DNA of 64,000 nt. It comes from Octopus sinensis (Eukaryota). Below are positions 52,622-64,000 of the stretch, piece after piece. Every line of letters begins with the position of its first letter. The first letter of the stretch is position 1. Under the pieces are notes generated by a model. The model was not told the DNA's origin. It saw only the letters and a program-made list of their open reading frames with translations, and searched no databases. The position numbers and the translations under genes were made by a program. Location: contig NC_043010.1 of the NCBI RefSeq assembly GCF_006345805.1, positions 32,674,001-32,738,000 of the forward strand. Reading direction: 5' to 3'.

Positions 52622-53016
52622 TTACTTTACTTTACTTTTACTTTTACTAGTTTCAGTCATTTGACTGCGGTCATGCTGGAGCACCACCTTTAGTTGAGCA
52701 AATCGACCCGGGACTTATTCTTTGTAAGCCCAGTACTTATTCTATCGGTCTCTTTTGCCAAACCGCTAAGTGACGGGGACGTAAACACACCAGCATCGGT
52801 TGTCAAGCAATGCTAGGGGGACAAACACAAACACACATATATATATATATACATATATACGACAGGCTTCTTTCAGTTTCCATCTACCAAATCCACTCAA
52901 GGCATTGGTCGGCCCGAGGCGATAGCAGAAGACACTTGCCCAAGGTGCCACGCAGTGGGACTGAACCCGGAACCATGTGGCTGTTTAGCAAGCTATTTAC
53001 CACACAGCTGCGCCTA
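52622..53016 (-). mobile_element. tRNA-derived SINE with internal (CA/TA) tract and (GTAAA)n tail
   Basis: Head ..ggttccgggttcagtcccactgcgtggcaccttgggcaagtg on the minus strand. Other copies lie at 61782-62245 and ~63520-63735. Confidence 0.82.
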
Positions 53017-54029
53017 TGTTGTTATTATTATTAATTATTACTAAATGTGAATGATTTCTAACTCTGATATTAATAATTAATTGTCAGGTTGTTGTTGTTT
53101 AGTCCCAAATTTGATTTGATGCAACTTAAATGTTCCGACAATTTCGCAACAAAGGGGAGATGACTCTGTTAGATTCTCCACCATCCATGTTTTAACGTCC
53201 ACTTTTCGTTGCTTGTATGGGTCAGACTGAGTTTATTGAGGCAGATCTTCTACATCCGGATATACTTCCTGTTTCCAAGCAAGATAATATTTCTCCAAGG
53301 CCAGATATGTTTTTCACAGAAAACTGGAAATGAACAACATAGTTCTTATGCCAGTGATAACCATTTGTAATTACAGCATCCTCTCTAGGCAAAGTAAAAT
53401 CAGACACACACATATTTCATATTTGTTTCAAAATATAACATTGGCTTATGTCTGTTTCAGGAGTTTCCTTTAAAATCTATCTGAAAAATGAAAAATATGT
53501 TCTGTCAAGAAGAAGAAAAATGAAGAATTACAAATGGCCAAATCTTGTTCTTATTTATAGTTTCTGAGTTGTTTTAAAATATTTTGGTTGCTATTTCTGT
53601 GTAACACTACAACCATAGTGGATGGAACCAACTGCAGAACACAATATTATCATCATCATCGTCATCATTTAACATCCATTTTCTATGCTAGTATGGGTTA
53701 GATGGTTTCACAGCAGCTGCATCTGGCTCCAGTCTGTTTTCGCATGGTTTCTACAGCTGGATGCCCTTCCTAACACCAACCACTTTACAGAGTGTATTGT
53801 GTACTATTTATGTGGCGCCTTGGTTTTAGGATTCTAATTGCTGTGGTGGGTGGGTCTTGAGTCATCATCACCAACATTAGTTTCACTTTCACTTTCCAGT
53901 CTCACACACATCAAATGGGTTGTCACTGTCCAAGTTAGTTCTTTGGAGTTACTCTCCTCCGAGATGGTTCACAGCATTATATTTCACTCATACCTTTTAT
54001 TTTTGCTATGGTTAGAGATTTTCCCATGG

Positions 54030-54430
54030 AATTTGTAGCTGTGATACCAGCGCCGGTGGCACGTAACAGAACCATCCGAACGTGGCCGTAGCCAGCGCCG
54101 CATTGACTGGCCTCCATTCCAGTGGCACGTAACAAACACCATCTGATCATGGCCGTTGCCAGCCTCGCCTGGCCTCCGTGCCGGTGGCACGTAAAAATCA
54201 CCATCCGATCGTGGCCGTTTGCCAGCCTCGTCTGGCACCTGTGTCGGTGGCACGTAAAAAGCACCCACTACTCTCATGGAGTGGTTGGCATTAGGAAGGG
54301 CATCCAGCTGTAGAAACACTGCCAGATCTGACTGGCCTGGTGCAGCCTCCTGGCTTCCCAGACCCCGGTTGAACCGTCCAACCCATGCTAGCATGGAAAG
54401 CGGACGTTAAACGATGATGATGATGATGAT
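54030..54430 (+). mobile_element. RTE 3' UTR/tail copy
   Basis: Internal ~55-bp repeats and a (GAT)n tail, as at 11870-12270. Confidence 0.88.
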
Positions 54431-56627
54431 GAACCTCAAATGAAATACATGAACAGTGATCACCATAAAATAAGCATTAATAGTATTTACTATCTAATTA
54501 AATGACCATTGTCTTTTTCAGTCAAAGTGAACTAAACTTTGTCTTGCTTTCTGTACATTTAATATGGATTTGTGCCTAGTTTGACTTCAGAAGCTTTTGT
54601 CACTAAATTGATAGCATGCTCGAATCTTTCGATCCTCCAAAAACTTTTGTAGGTTGCACAGATTGGCTCTTCTCAGGAATTCCGAGTTTATGATTCTGCC
54701 CTGGTGTAAGTAATCTTGAGTGTTTTGCATAGACATCAATGGTAGAATGCATTCATCTTCTGAGTGATCATGGCAGTCATTTTACAAATCTCTCCGGAGT
54801 ACAGGACAATGTTCTGGTGCATAAACAACCCCTTACAATTTCTAACACTACACCACTCTTCCTAACAATAATTTCTAACACAGGCACAAGGCATGAAATT
54901 TAGGTGAGGTGATTAGTTGATTAAATAAACTTGAGTGCTTGACAGGTACATTATTCTATTGACCCTGGAAGTATGAAAGGCAAAGTTGGCCACAGTGGGA
55001 TTTCAACTCAGGATGTTAAGAGCCAGAAGAAATACCGACAAGACTTTTTGTCTGCTGCACTAATGATTCTGTTAATCTACTGCCCTAATAATAATAATTG
55101 TTTCTAATTTAGGCAGTAGGTCAGGAATTTTTTAAGGTGAGGGTGTTAGCCAATATTCACACTAGTACTTTATTTTATCAACCCTAAAAGGATGAAAAGT
55201 GAAGTTAACCTTGGTAAGATTCGAATCCGGAACTGGTACTTTACTTTATCAACTCCAGAGAGATGATGATAATGATTACTATATAAATAAATAAATAGAT
55301 AAAACATAAAAAAGTTGATATACTTAAATCATTTTATTCAAATGTGATTAAATAAGAATTTAAGAAGAATAAGACATACATAAGCAAATGTATAATGAAT
55401 AACAGTTCTTCAAATATACAGAGTGGAGTCAAAGGAGTCATGATCAAGGACCCAATACAACATCCACAATGGAATACAAATATGTGGTCTGAAAACTAGT
55501 AGGTCCTTGTTGCAATTTACATTAAACTGACTTTGGTTGGATTTGAACTCATTACCACACCACATCATCTGAAGATATTAAAACTATAACCAATTGAAGC
55601 CTTCTTCTGCACCAATTTTACAGCTGCTCTAGAGAATTTGTTGTAGAATGACTGAGTAAATATATTTGTATATCTTTGTGCTTATCAGCAATAGAGGTTT
55701 AAAAGGAAAAGGTCCTACTAATAGGACTTAAATTGAGGCTTTGGGACTAAACATCAATAACTAGCTAACAGACTGTCACATTGTACCTCATGACGCATAA
55801 GAGGAGGTCAGAGCGTGCAGTATGACCCCAGATAGATAGAAACATGGTAAAACAGATTTGTCACACCTGGTTGTTGGGGGTCTCAACCTGCATGCAAGAG
55901 GCCTGTTCAATCAGGGGGGATAAACTGGGGTTACACAAGTGACTAACGAATATTTGAAAATTAAAAAAAAATTATAAGCTCAGAGAAATAATTTAACATA
56001 GTAAGTTAGAGGATATGTGATTGATACTTGGATGAGTTTATCACATGTTGATCATGTTTAATAGCCACAGTAAATTATTGGAGCAAGGTATCTGTGTAAG
56101 AGACTACACTGAAGTATCAGGAAGACAGCTGTGAAGTAAGTTAATTAACTGGAAATAATTTATATTGTGTCCAAATACAATAGCAAGGTACCTGAGAAAC
56201 TGACTAGGTTCTTAGTAAGTTACCATAGCAAGATAAATGGAGATGAAGGTAGAAGGGAGTGGGAAATGTAACAAAAGCACAACAGTAAACTGATGTGAGA
56301 TAGTGAGATTGTGGCAAGGTAGCAGCATCAAAGCGGATTATGAAAGTGATTTACTAGGGTGTTATGACTAGAGAGGTACGAAGGTAAGATGGTACAGTGG
56401 AGAAATGGTTAGTAACCACTTCCACATAACAGCAAGTTATCACATAAATATAGCTCAGTGATGTATTGTGGTAAAGTAATCCCAGACAAAGTTTTTGACA
56501 CAAAAAGAAGAAGGAAAAGGTGTCAAGTATAAAAATAACTTTTTGTTACAAACCGGTTTGTCACAGAAGCAGTTCCACTAAATATAAATTATTTAATATA
56601 GTTCTATATTTAAGAGATGAGGAACTA

Positions 56628-57157
56628 TGTACATTATTTACATTTAACGGATATTTGTCATCTTGTTTGTTGTTAACACATTTCAGCTGATATATGCTCT
56701 AGCCTTCATCAGGTGTCTTGAGGAAATTTTGAACCAGGGTTTTCATTCCTGAGGTATTTTTTGATGGTATTATTATTATTATTTAGGTCATTGCTTGGAT
56801 TCGAACTCGAAATCTTGGGGTTAGTAGCTCGCACTCTTAACCACTATCCCATATACCTACGGTCATATGATGTAGTGGTTATGAGCATGGGCTACGAACC
56901 CTAAGATTCCGAGTTCGATTCCAAGCAGTGACCTGAATAATAATAATAATAATAAGGATGATGATAATAATAATGATGATGATGATAGTAATAATAATAA
57001 TAATAACAACAATAACATTGAAAAATACCTTAGGAATGAGAACCCAGGTTCAAAATTTCTCCAAGACACCTGATGAAGGCTGGAGGGTATATCAGTCGAA
57101 ACGTGTTAACAACAAACAAGATGAGGACAAATATCCATCAAATGTAAATAATGTATA
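56628..57157. mobile_element. Head-to-head pair of tRNA-headed elements carrying a hammerhead-like core
   Basis: 56628-56854 (minus) and 56865-57157 (plus) are homologous. Each has A/B boxes, an (AAT)n tract and ctgatgaaggct...gaaa. Confidence 0.7.
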
Positions 57158-57239
57158 TAAATTATTTGTTCATATATTCATGTCCAATACAGAGAAAATG
57201 GGTTCATTTGTCTCCATGTTCTCTAAACACTCCATTTAA

Positions 57240-59438
57240 TTAGTTATTGTTATTCATATATGCATCATATTTCTTCTTCTGGGCATCATAGAGCTTTTGA
57301 AGTTTTTTCATGGCTGATTTGGTAAGTTCTTTACCCTCAACATCATGGGTTGGTAAGCCATTCTCATTAAATTTGGAATACTTGTCTGTCTCATTGACAA
57401 ATAACTGTGAGGGAGGGATTCTCTTCTGAGCATCTCGAACAGCTTCAGCAGCTTCTTTATCCTTCTTTGCCTTTTCTTTCTGCAGTCTTTTCTTCTCTTC
57501 AGCTGCCAGTTTCTCTTGCATCTCCTTCAGAAGTATTTCTTTATCAACCAGTTTAATAACAGGAACTTGCCCTTCATGGTCTTCCAGACGGACTCCCAAG
57601 TTGGGCAGAACTGTATCCCGAAGTTCATCACATTTGGTCAAGATTTCTTGAGGATCTTTCTTTTCTCTGGCTAACTGTCTTATATCTTCCCGGAAATCTG
57701 ACAATGCAGATAAATAAGGCATCACAGTGTTTTCAGATGAAGTTGCCCCTGTACCAGTCTGTAGGAAACCGATAGCTGTTTCTTCTTTAATAGCACCAAA
57801 CACTTTCAATATTGATGTAATGTATTCAGCGATGTTTATTAAAAGTATTCGATTACAGATCATAGTTGCCCTAGTCTTGGAAATGTACTGGTTTGTTACA
57901 GTGACCAAGTCTCTAATAACATCTAAGGCTGTGTGTGTATCAATGGAATCACATAATGCCACATGGACCTGATTTCGGCTGTCCAGATATTTTTCATTGA
58001 GAGATACCTCTAGTTCAGTCCATTTAGTAAAAGAAGAACAACCATGACTTGGTAGTTTGCGCAAGATGTCTTTGACAGTCAAGAAGAACTCATTAAGGTG
58101 TTTTTCGTAGGTGATGGCTGCTTCCATTGTGTTGTCACTATAGTCAAGGGTATCTTTCCAGGAATGCAGCAAGAAAGCAAAACGAAGTTGGCACGCTGTG
58201 TGTTTTTTTAGTGCTTCCTTGATTGTGATAAAATTCTTGAGGGATTTGGACATTTTACAGCCTTGGATTGTTAGATGACCAGAATGGAGAAAGTAGTGCA
58301 CCCAGTGGTCATTATTAAAACAAGCTTCTGCTTGAGCTAACTCATTGTCATGATGAGGAAACTTTAAATCCACGCCACCAGTATGAATGTCTAGTGACTC
58401 TCCAAGAATTTCACTGGCCATAACTGAACATTCAATATGCCATCCAGGCCTACCTTTGCCCCACGGAGAATCCCATACGGGTTCGCCAGGTTTTGAAGCT
58501 TTCCATAACGCAAAATCATTGGGGCTTTTCTTCTCAGACAACCTCTCTTCTGAAACACTTAAGTCTCCTTCACCTTCTTGTAGTGCGTCTCTGTCACCAA
58601 AAGCTTCTGGAACTAATTTAGCATAAAAGTGATCAGGAGCTTTACTAAATCTCATGGTATCAAAATAGACAGAACCACCGGACTCGTATGCGTAATTACG
58701 ATCAATGACTTTTTTAATAAACTCTACTATTTCAGGGACGTAGTCACTAACCCGTGTCAAGCAGTCAGCTGGTAGAACATTTAGAGCTTCCATGTCATTG
58801 TGAAATTCTTCTTCCCAGTGATTTGGTAACTCTGAAAAGATAGAGTTTTCCCTTACTTCAGATCCTTTACGTTTGTCTAAAGCATCCGCCAGGACATCTC
58901 TTGCCGCACTGATAAGACGGTCACTCTTCCCTTGATCGGTGGCAGATTCGTTTGACTGGAGAGAGGTGGTCACTTCTTTAATAATCTTCAACATCATCGT
59001 CTTCTTATCTGAGTCCTTCTCTCCTTCAGCCTTAATCGTATAAGTATCTAATGCTGCTTTAATATCCGAAACCACCACCGAAGCATTACCGCTATTCTCG
59101 GTTCTGTATTGCTGCAGAAGATAATTCTGTCTAGCTCGTTTGATGATTTTATCATCAACATCGGTTACATTCATACAGTAAAACACATCGTATTTGAAAT
59201 AATTGGTCATGACACGTCTCAAAATATCAAACGAGATGTAAGACCTGGCATGTCCCATATGGGAAGCATCGTAAACAGTCGGACCGCAACTATACCACAA
59301 AACACGCTTACCGTTCTGAGGTACAAATTTCTCCTTTTGACGAGTTAAACTGTTGAAAAGATACAATTCGGCTACTTCTTTGTTTTCTGGGGGACTCCAT
59401 GCCGGTTGAGAGCGCTTGGTATGGACCGTAGACGTCAT
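57240..59438 (-). CDS. CARS1: Cytoplasmic cysteinyl-tRNA synthetase, single exon
   Basis: Uninterrupted ORF of ~732 aa from ATG 59438 (the track start 59477 adds 13 aa). It has the class I motifs [17 protein letters not shown] (HIGH), [27 protein letters not shown] and KMSKSLKNF, plus the eukaryotic C-terminal extension. Confidence 0.96.
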   Translation of the reverse strand: MTSTVHTKRSQPAWSPPENKEVAELYLFNSLTRQKEKFVPQNGKRVLWYSCGPTVYDASHMGHARSYISFDILRRVMTNYFKYDVFYCMNVTDVDDKIIKRARQNYLLQQYRTENSGNASVVVSDIKAALDTYTIKAEGEKDSDKKTMMLKIIKEVTTSLQSNESATDQGKSDRLISAARDVLADALDKRKGSEVRENSIFSELPNHWEEEFHNDMEALNVLPADCLTRVSDYVPEIVEFIKKVIDRNYAYESGGSVYFDTMRFSKAPDHFYAKLVPEAFGDRDALQEGEGDLSVSEERLSEKKSPNDFALWKASKPGEPVWDSPWGKGRPGWHIECSVMASEILGESLDIHTGGVDLKFPHHDNELAQAEACFNNDHWVHYFLHSGHLTIQGCKMSKSLKNFITIKEALKKHTACQLRFAFLLHSWKDTLDYSDNTMEAAITYEKHLNEFFLTVKDILRKLPSHGCSSFTKWTELEVSLNEKYLDSRNQVHVALCDSIDTHTALDVIRDLVTVTNQYISKTRATMICNRILLINIAEYITSILKVFGAIKEETAIGFLQTGTGATSSENTVMPYLSALSDFREDIRQLAREKKDPQEILTKCDELRDTVLPNLGVRLEDHEGQVPVIKLVDKEILLKEMQEKLAAEEKKRLQKEKAKKDKEAAEAVRDAQKRIPPSQLFVNETDKYSKFNENGLPTHDVEGKELTKSAMKKLQKLYDAQKKKYDAYMNNNN

Positions 59439-60787
59439 ACTGTGTGAAAATGAGCTGTTTGAATGAATCTGATGCAATCGAGGACAAGCCGGTTGTCACT
59501 GTTGCAAGTAAATTTAGAATTTGTAATGATTTCGTTTCGGTCAGTTTCGTTTCACCCATAGTTTATACTATATTTTTATTATCGATATTTTATAAGGTCA
59601 AAGATTAATTATCATTGTTTGTAAGTTAAGAATTATTATGAAGGTTAAAGTAAATAATATGCCATGTTACAATAAAATCATTTGCAGTTTAAGAATATAT
59701 TGTTTTATCTTAATTATGGGGTAGAATTTATTTTACTGTAATCTAGAGTTACTTCCCTTGAAAGTAATGTTAGCTTAAACGCCGACTTGTATTTTTGTCT
59801 GTTAGTAGCATATAAATATCGGACACACGCACAAACACAATTCATACTTACATACTTATATACCTATATGCATGCATGCATACATACAGATAGACATACG
59901 TTAACAAAGCCGGAGATCAATGAAAAAGAAAATGTCTACGCTGAACTTATGAGAGATCTATAATTACTCTACCCAGAATACGAGTTCAGGTTTATATTGT
60001 AATTATTGAGGTGCTGGGATGTGTAACACACTGCCTAAGGACAAATCTTGAGAAATTGGCTTCTCAAAACTAGAAAAGAGAAAGCAGATTTGAAGACAAG
60101 GAATCACTGGAACTGTAGGGGTTTGTAAAACTTCCCGGAAGTTTATTATTTAAATAGATATGCGCTTGTCTAGACATGCAACTATATGCACTGGAATACA
60201 TACTTAGAACAAAACATATAAATCTGCACATTCACTGATTCCAAGTATTGCACGCATACACTCGTACATGCAAAATTACCCTGTTGATGTTGTTGATCTT
60301 CCTGTAAAAGATCCTTGGATTTAGGTTAGAAACTGCTTCTTTCTGTTTGTAAGAAAATTTTGAAGTAAAACTGAATAAAGACATATATAGGGTTGCCAGA
60401 TTAGAAAATTAGATATACGGGACACTTAAAATCTGTGTGTGTGTGTGTAACTCCAAGAAAGTTAGGGGTTGTGGGTCCAACCCACTAAGGATAATATCCA
60501 ATATGCTGTTGGTATAATACCCAATTATTAATACACAAGTGTTTTTTTATTGCATTGCAATATACATACATACATACATACACATATAATTATATATATT
60601 TCGTTTTGGGAGTTGGTTTGCAAGATTCTTTATGTGAGTACGTGTGTTGAAGAATGCATGAAGTGTCACTGTTGGGCCCAAAGTCTTATGAAGAGCCTTC
60701 CACGGGAGCTAGCTTAAAATCCACCCTATTGGGGGGATTTTAAGCTAGTATATATATGTATGTGTGTATATATTTGTGTAAATATAC

Positions 60788-60819
<32 letters not shown>

Positions 60820-60844
60820 ATGTATATTTATTTATGTATGTATG

Positions 60845-61290
60845 TATGAATCATCATCTTCATCGTTTAACGTCCGTTTTCCATGCAAGCATGGGTTGGA
60901 AGGTTCGACCGGGGTCTCGGAAGCCAGGAGTCTGCACCAGGCTCCAGTCTGATCTGGCAGTGATTCTACAGCTGGATGCCCTTCCTAACGGCAACCACTC
61001 CGTGAGTGTAGTGGGTGCTTTTTACGTGCCACCGGCACGGGTATCACAACTACAATTTCTATTTGATTTTTATTTTGATGTTGATGTATTTGACTCAATA
61101 GGTCTCCTTAAACACAGCAGGTCGTCCTACGATCCAAGGTAAGCACAGTAGGCCGTCCTACGAGCCGTGAACTCACTTCATTTGTCGAGTCTTCGCAGTC
61201 ACAGCATATCTCCAGAGGTCTCGGTCTTTCATCATTGCCTTTGTGAGGCCCAACGTTCAAAGGTCATGCTTGACCACCTTATCCCATGTT
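60845..61290 (-). mobile_element. RTE 3'-end fragment
   Basis: Same sequence family as 2975-3590 and 46750-47370. Confidence 0.85.
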
Positions 61291-61780
61291 AAATAAAATC
61301 CACTTAATGAAAATGATAACATTGATATTAATGCTATCCATTCTTTGAACAATAATAGCAACAATATATATATTTTTGATATAGATTCGAATCGTATTCG
61401 TTCCCTTAGCAGTATTTCTATGACTAGAAACTCTGTTTATCAATGTAAAATTACTTCCGGTTCTGATGTCTTTTTTACATAGGTAGTTCATCATCTCAAT
61501 TGTCAAAAAGAATATCTAACCATTACTCTACATTTAGACATACCAATAAATGCAACAATACTGGGCTTAGTAAATTACTTTGGTCTCTTAAGGAACATAA
61601 GCAGTTTGATTTGGAATGGAATATTCAATCTAGATCCTTCCCATATGATAAAGATAAATCTTTTTGTCCACTCTATAATGAAGAACAATTTCTCATCCTG
61701 TTCTCGGAGAATTTTCTAGCAAACACGTTTAAAGAATGCGTTTATTGTTGCAAACATTGGCAAAAACATTCTCTTTTACC
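61290..61780. mobile_element. PLE GIY-YIG 3' fragment with inverted 5' segment
   Basis: The plus ORF from 61500 (SKRISNHYSTFR..TGLSKLLWSLK..EW.I..PYDKDK..CKHWQKH) is homologous to 2170-2460. Upstream sequence is open on the minus strand. Confidence 0.7.
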
Positions 61781-61781
61781 G

Positions 61782-62245
61782 TTTTACTTGTTTCAGTCAT
61801 TTGACTATGGCCATGCTGGAGCACCGCCTTTAGTTGAGCAAATCGACCCCAGGACTTATTCTTTGTAAGCCTAGTACTTATTCTATCGGTCTCTTTTGCC
61901 GAACCGCTAAGTTATGGGGACATAAACACACCAGCATCGGTTGTCAAGCGATGTTTGGGTAGGGGGGACAAACACAGACACAGACACACATATACACATA
62001 TACATATATACACATATACACATATACACATATACATATACACATATACACATATACATACATACATACATATATATATATATATGACGGGCTTCTTTCA
62101 GTTTCCGTCTACCAAATTCACTCACAAGGCTTTGATCGACCCGTGACTATAGTAGAAGACACTTGCCCAAGGAGCCACGCAGTAGGACTGAACCCGGAAC
62201 CATGGGGTTCGTAAGCAAGCTACTTACCACACAGCCACTCCTACA
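61782..62245 (-). mobile_element. tRNA-derived SINE with expanded internal (CA/TA) tract
   Basis: Homologous to 52622-53016. Confidence 0.82.
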
Positions 62246-62331
62246 CCTATAGTTCCTATAAGTAATTTTTACCAATCTATAAAATTCGGCCTTTAACTGT
62301 CTTCTTAAATTTCATTTCCACATGTATATAT

Positions 62332-62389
<58 letters not shown>

Positions 62390-62569
62390 TATGTGTGTGT
62401 GTGTGTGGTGTGTGTGTGTGTGTGTGTGTGTATACAGATATATATGTATATACGTGATGATTGCCACTTCTTTATAGAAGAAGGCCATCTCTTCAATTAA
62501 TAAATGAGATCTTACACGACTAGCAAGTCCTGCTCTTGACAAACTCTACTGCAGATCTTATAAATATCT

Positions 62570-63085
62570 TTAGGCAGCAAAGTGTCTGGGATTATAGTTA
62601 AATTCTGTCTACATAGTGCTCGTTTCAAGATAGATTGTTCAATTCTTCGAGCTTAAAATGCTTTAAATCTATTGTAAATCATTTGTTTCCAAACCGATCG
62701 ATCTTGCATCATCTGCTCCCAGTCTTCAACTTTTACATTATGAGCCTTAAGGTTGCTTTTGACAGCATCCCTAACACGTTTCTTAAGTTTATGTCTCGGA
62801 CTTTTGCCACGCTGCAACTCCCCATAAAAATCCGAGAGTGGCAATTACAGAGGTATAAGCCTGCTTGAAATAGTCGGTAAGGTTTTTGCAAAACTTTTAT
62901 TTAATCGGCTAACAATATGGATATGCCCCTCTGTCATCCCGGAGAGTCAGTGTGGTTTTAGACCAAGTCGTGGCACAATGGACATGATTTTTTCTGCTCG
63001 TCAACTCCAAGAAAAATGCATCGAACATCGCAGAGCTTTTGCCAGGTATCTGTCGATTTAACAAAAGCCTTTGACACTGTTAATA
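62570..63085. mobile_element. Fragments of a second RTE family (BovB-like) in opposite orientations
   Basis: Minus: FYGELQRGK..KKRVRDAVKSNLK..W..DRSVWK. Plus (~62935-63085): PESQCGFRPSRGTMDMIFSARQLQEKCIEH..DLTKAFDTV. Confidence 0.75.
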
Positions 63086-63449
63086 GGACCGTTCTCTGGA
63101 CCATCCTTGGTAAACCCCGGTCGAACCTTCCAACCCATGCTTGCATGGAAAACGGACGTTAAACGATGAAGATGATGATTCATACATACATACATAAATA
63201 CATATATATATACATACACACACACACACCCACACATATATATATATGTATATATACACAAATATATACACACATACATATATATACTAGCTTAAAAGCC
63301 CCCCAATAGGGTGGATTTTAAGCCAGCTCCCGTGGAAGGCTCTTCATAAGACTTTGGGCCCAACAGTGACACTTCATGCGTTCTTCAACACACGTACTCA
63401 CATAAAACAGACGATGTTACACGAATATAAATACAAAAATACAATAAAA

Positions 63450-63480
<31 letters not shown>

Positions 63481-64000
63481 CATATATGTGTGTGTGTGTA
63501 TATACATGTATATGTGTGTGTGTGTATGTGCTTGTGTCTGTATTTGTACCCCCACCATCGCTTGACAATCGATGTTGCTGTGTTTACGTCCCTGTAACTT
63601 AGCGGTTCATCATAAAAGACACCAATAGAATAAGTTTTAGGCTTACAAAGAATGAATCTTGGGGTCGATTTGTTCAACTAAAGGTGATGCTCCAGCATGG
63701 CCGCAGTCACATGACTGTAACAAGTAAAACAATAAAAAAAACTATGCCATTTTAATCCTGAGCAACACCGGGTATATCTGCTAGTCTAATCTATAAAATG
63801 AAGAAGGCGAACGTTGATACAAATTGAATTTTTATGTAAAAAGGGGTCTAAATGGGGCTGGAAGGCGATTAAAATTTACAGGAGGGGTAACTTGAGGTGA
63901 GAAATTGATTGGGAGACGTTTTGGGGCGCTATAGTGGTTGCTTTGCTGTGAAAACGGGGGTTTTATTGATTTTTGGGGGTCTAGATTGGACACCTTTTTC

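Noticed and set aside
56865-56935. Functional tRNA-Arg gene
   Set aside because: It has A/B boxes and an ACG-like loop, but no acceptor stem pairing, and it continues into a repeat body. It is a SINE head.
59308-59559. 83-aa minus ORF upstream of CARS1 as a separate gene or first coding exon
   Set aside because: It is an alternative frame overlapping the CARS1 start with no recognisable domain. The CysRS ORF is complete without it.

Overview
AT-rich, repeat-dominated animal genomic DNA. The (TA)n/(CA)n tracts, tRNA/CORE-type SINEs, RTE LINE tails and Penelope-like elements (PLEs) resemble an octopus/cephalopod genome (inference). Two host genes are supported. The first is an intact, intronless cytoplasmic cysteinyl-tRNA synthetase (59438-57240, minus). 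The second is a spliced plus-strand gene joining a degenerate macro domain to a C-terminal C3HC4 RING. Its RING-coding last exon is present twice, in the same splice phase (34455-34794 and 45691-46030). The most striking non-coding structure is a 582-bp tandem array (19030-23133) that folds back on itself at a 6-nt loop (21421-21426). Seven repeat units carry a complete type I hammerhead ribozyme motif (GUC cleavage triplet, palindromic stem III, U4C core variant), making the array a candidate retrozyme/circRNA locus, and it lies next to a PLE relic. The rest is a near full-length RTE LINE with a PHD-like finger, relics of CR1, Tx1/L1, PLE, mariner, hAT and Helitron elements, a 134-bp satellite with hexameric higher-order structure, and many local inverted repeats. 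All alignments, folds and coordinates were worked out by eye, without database searches.
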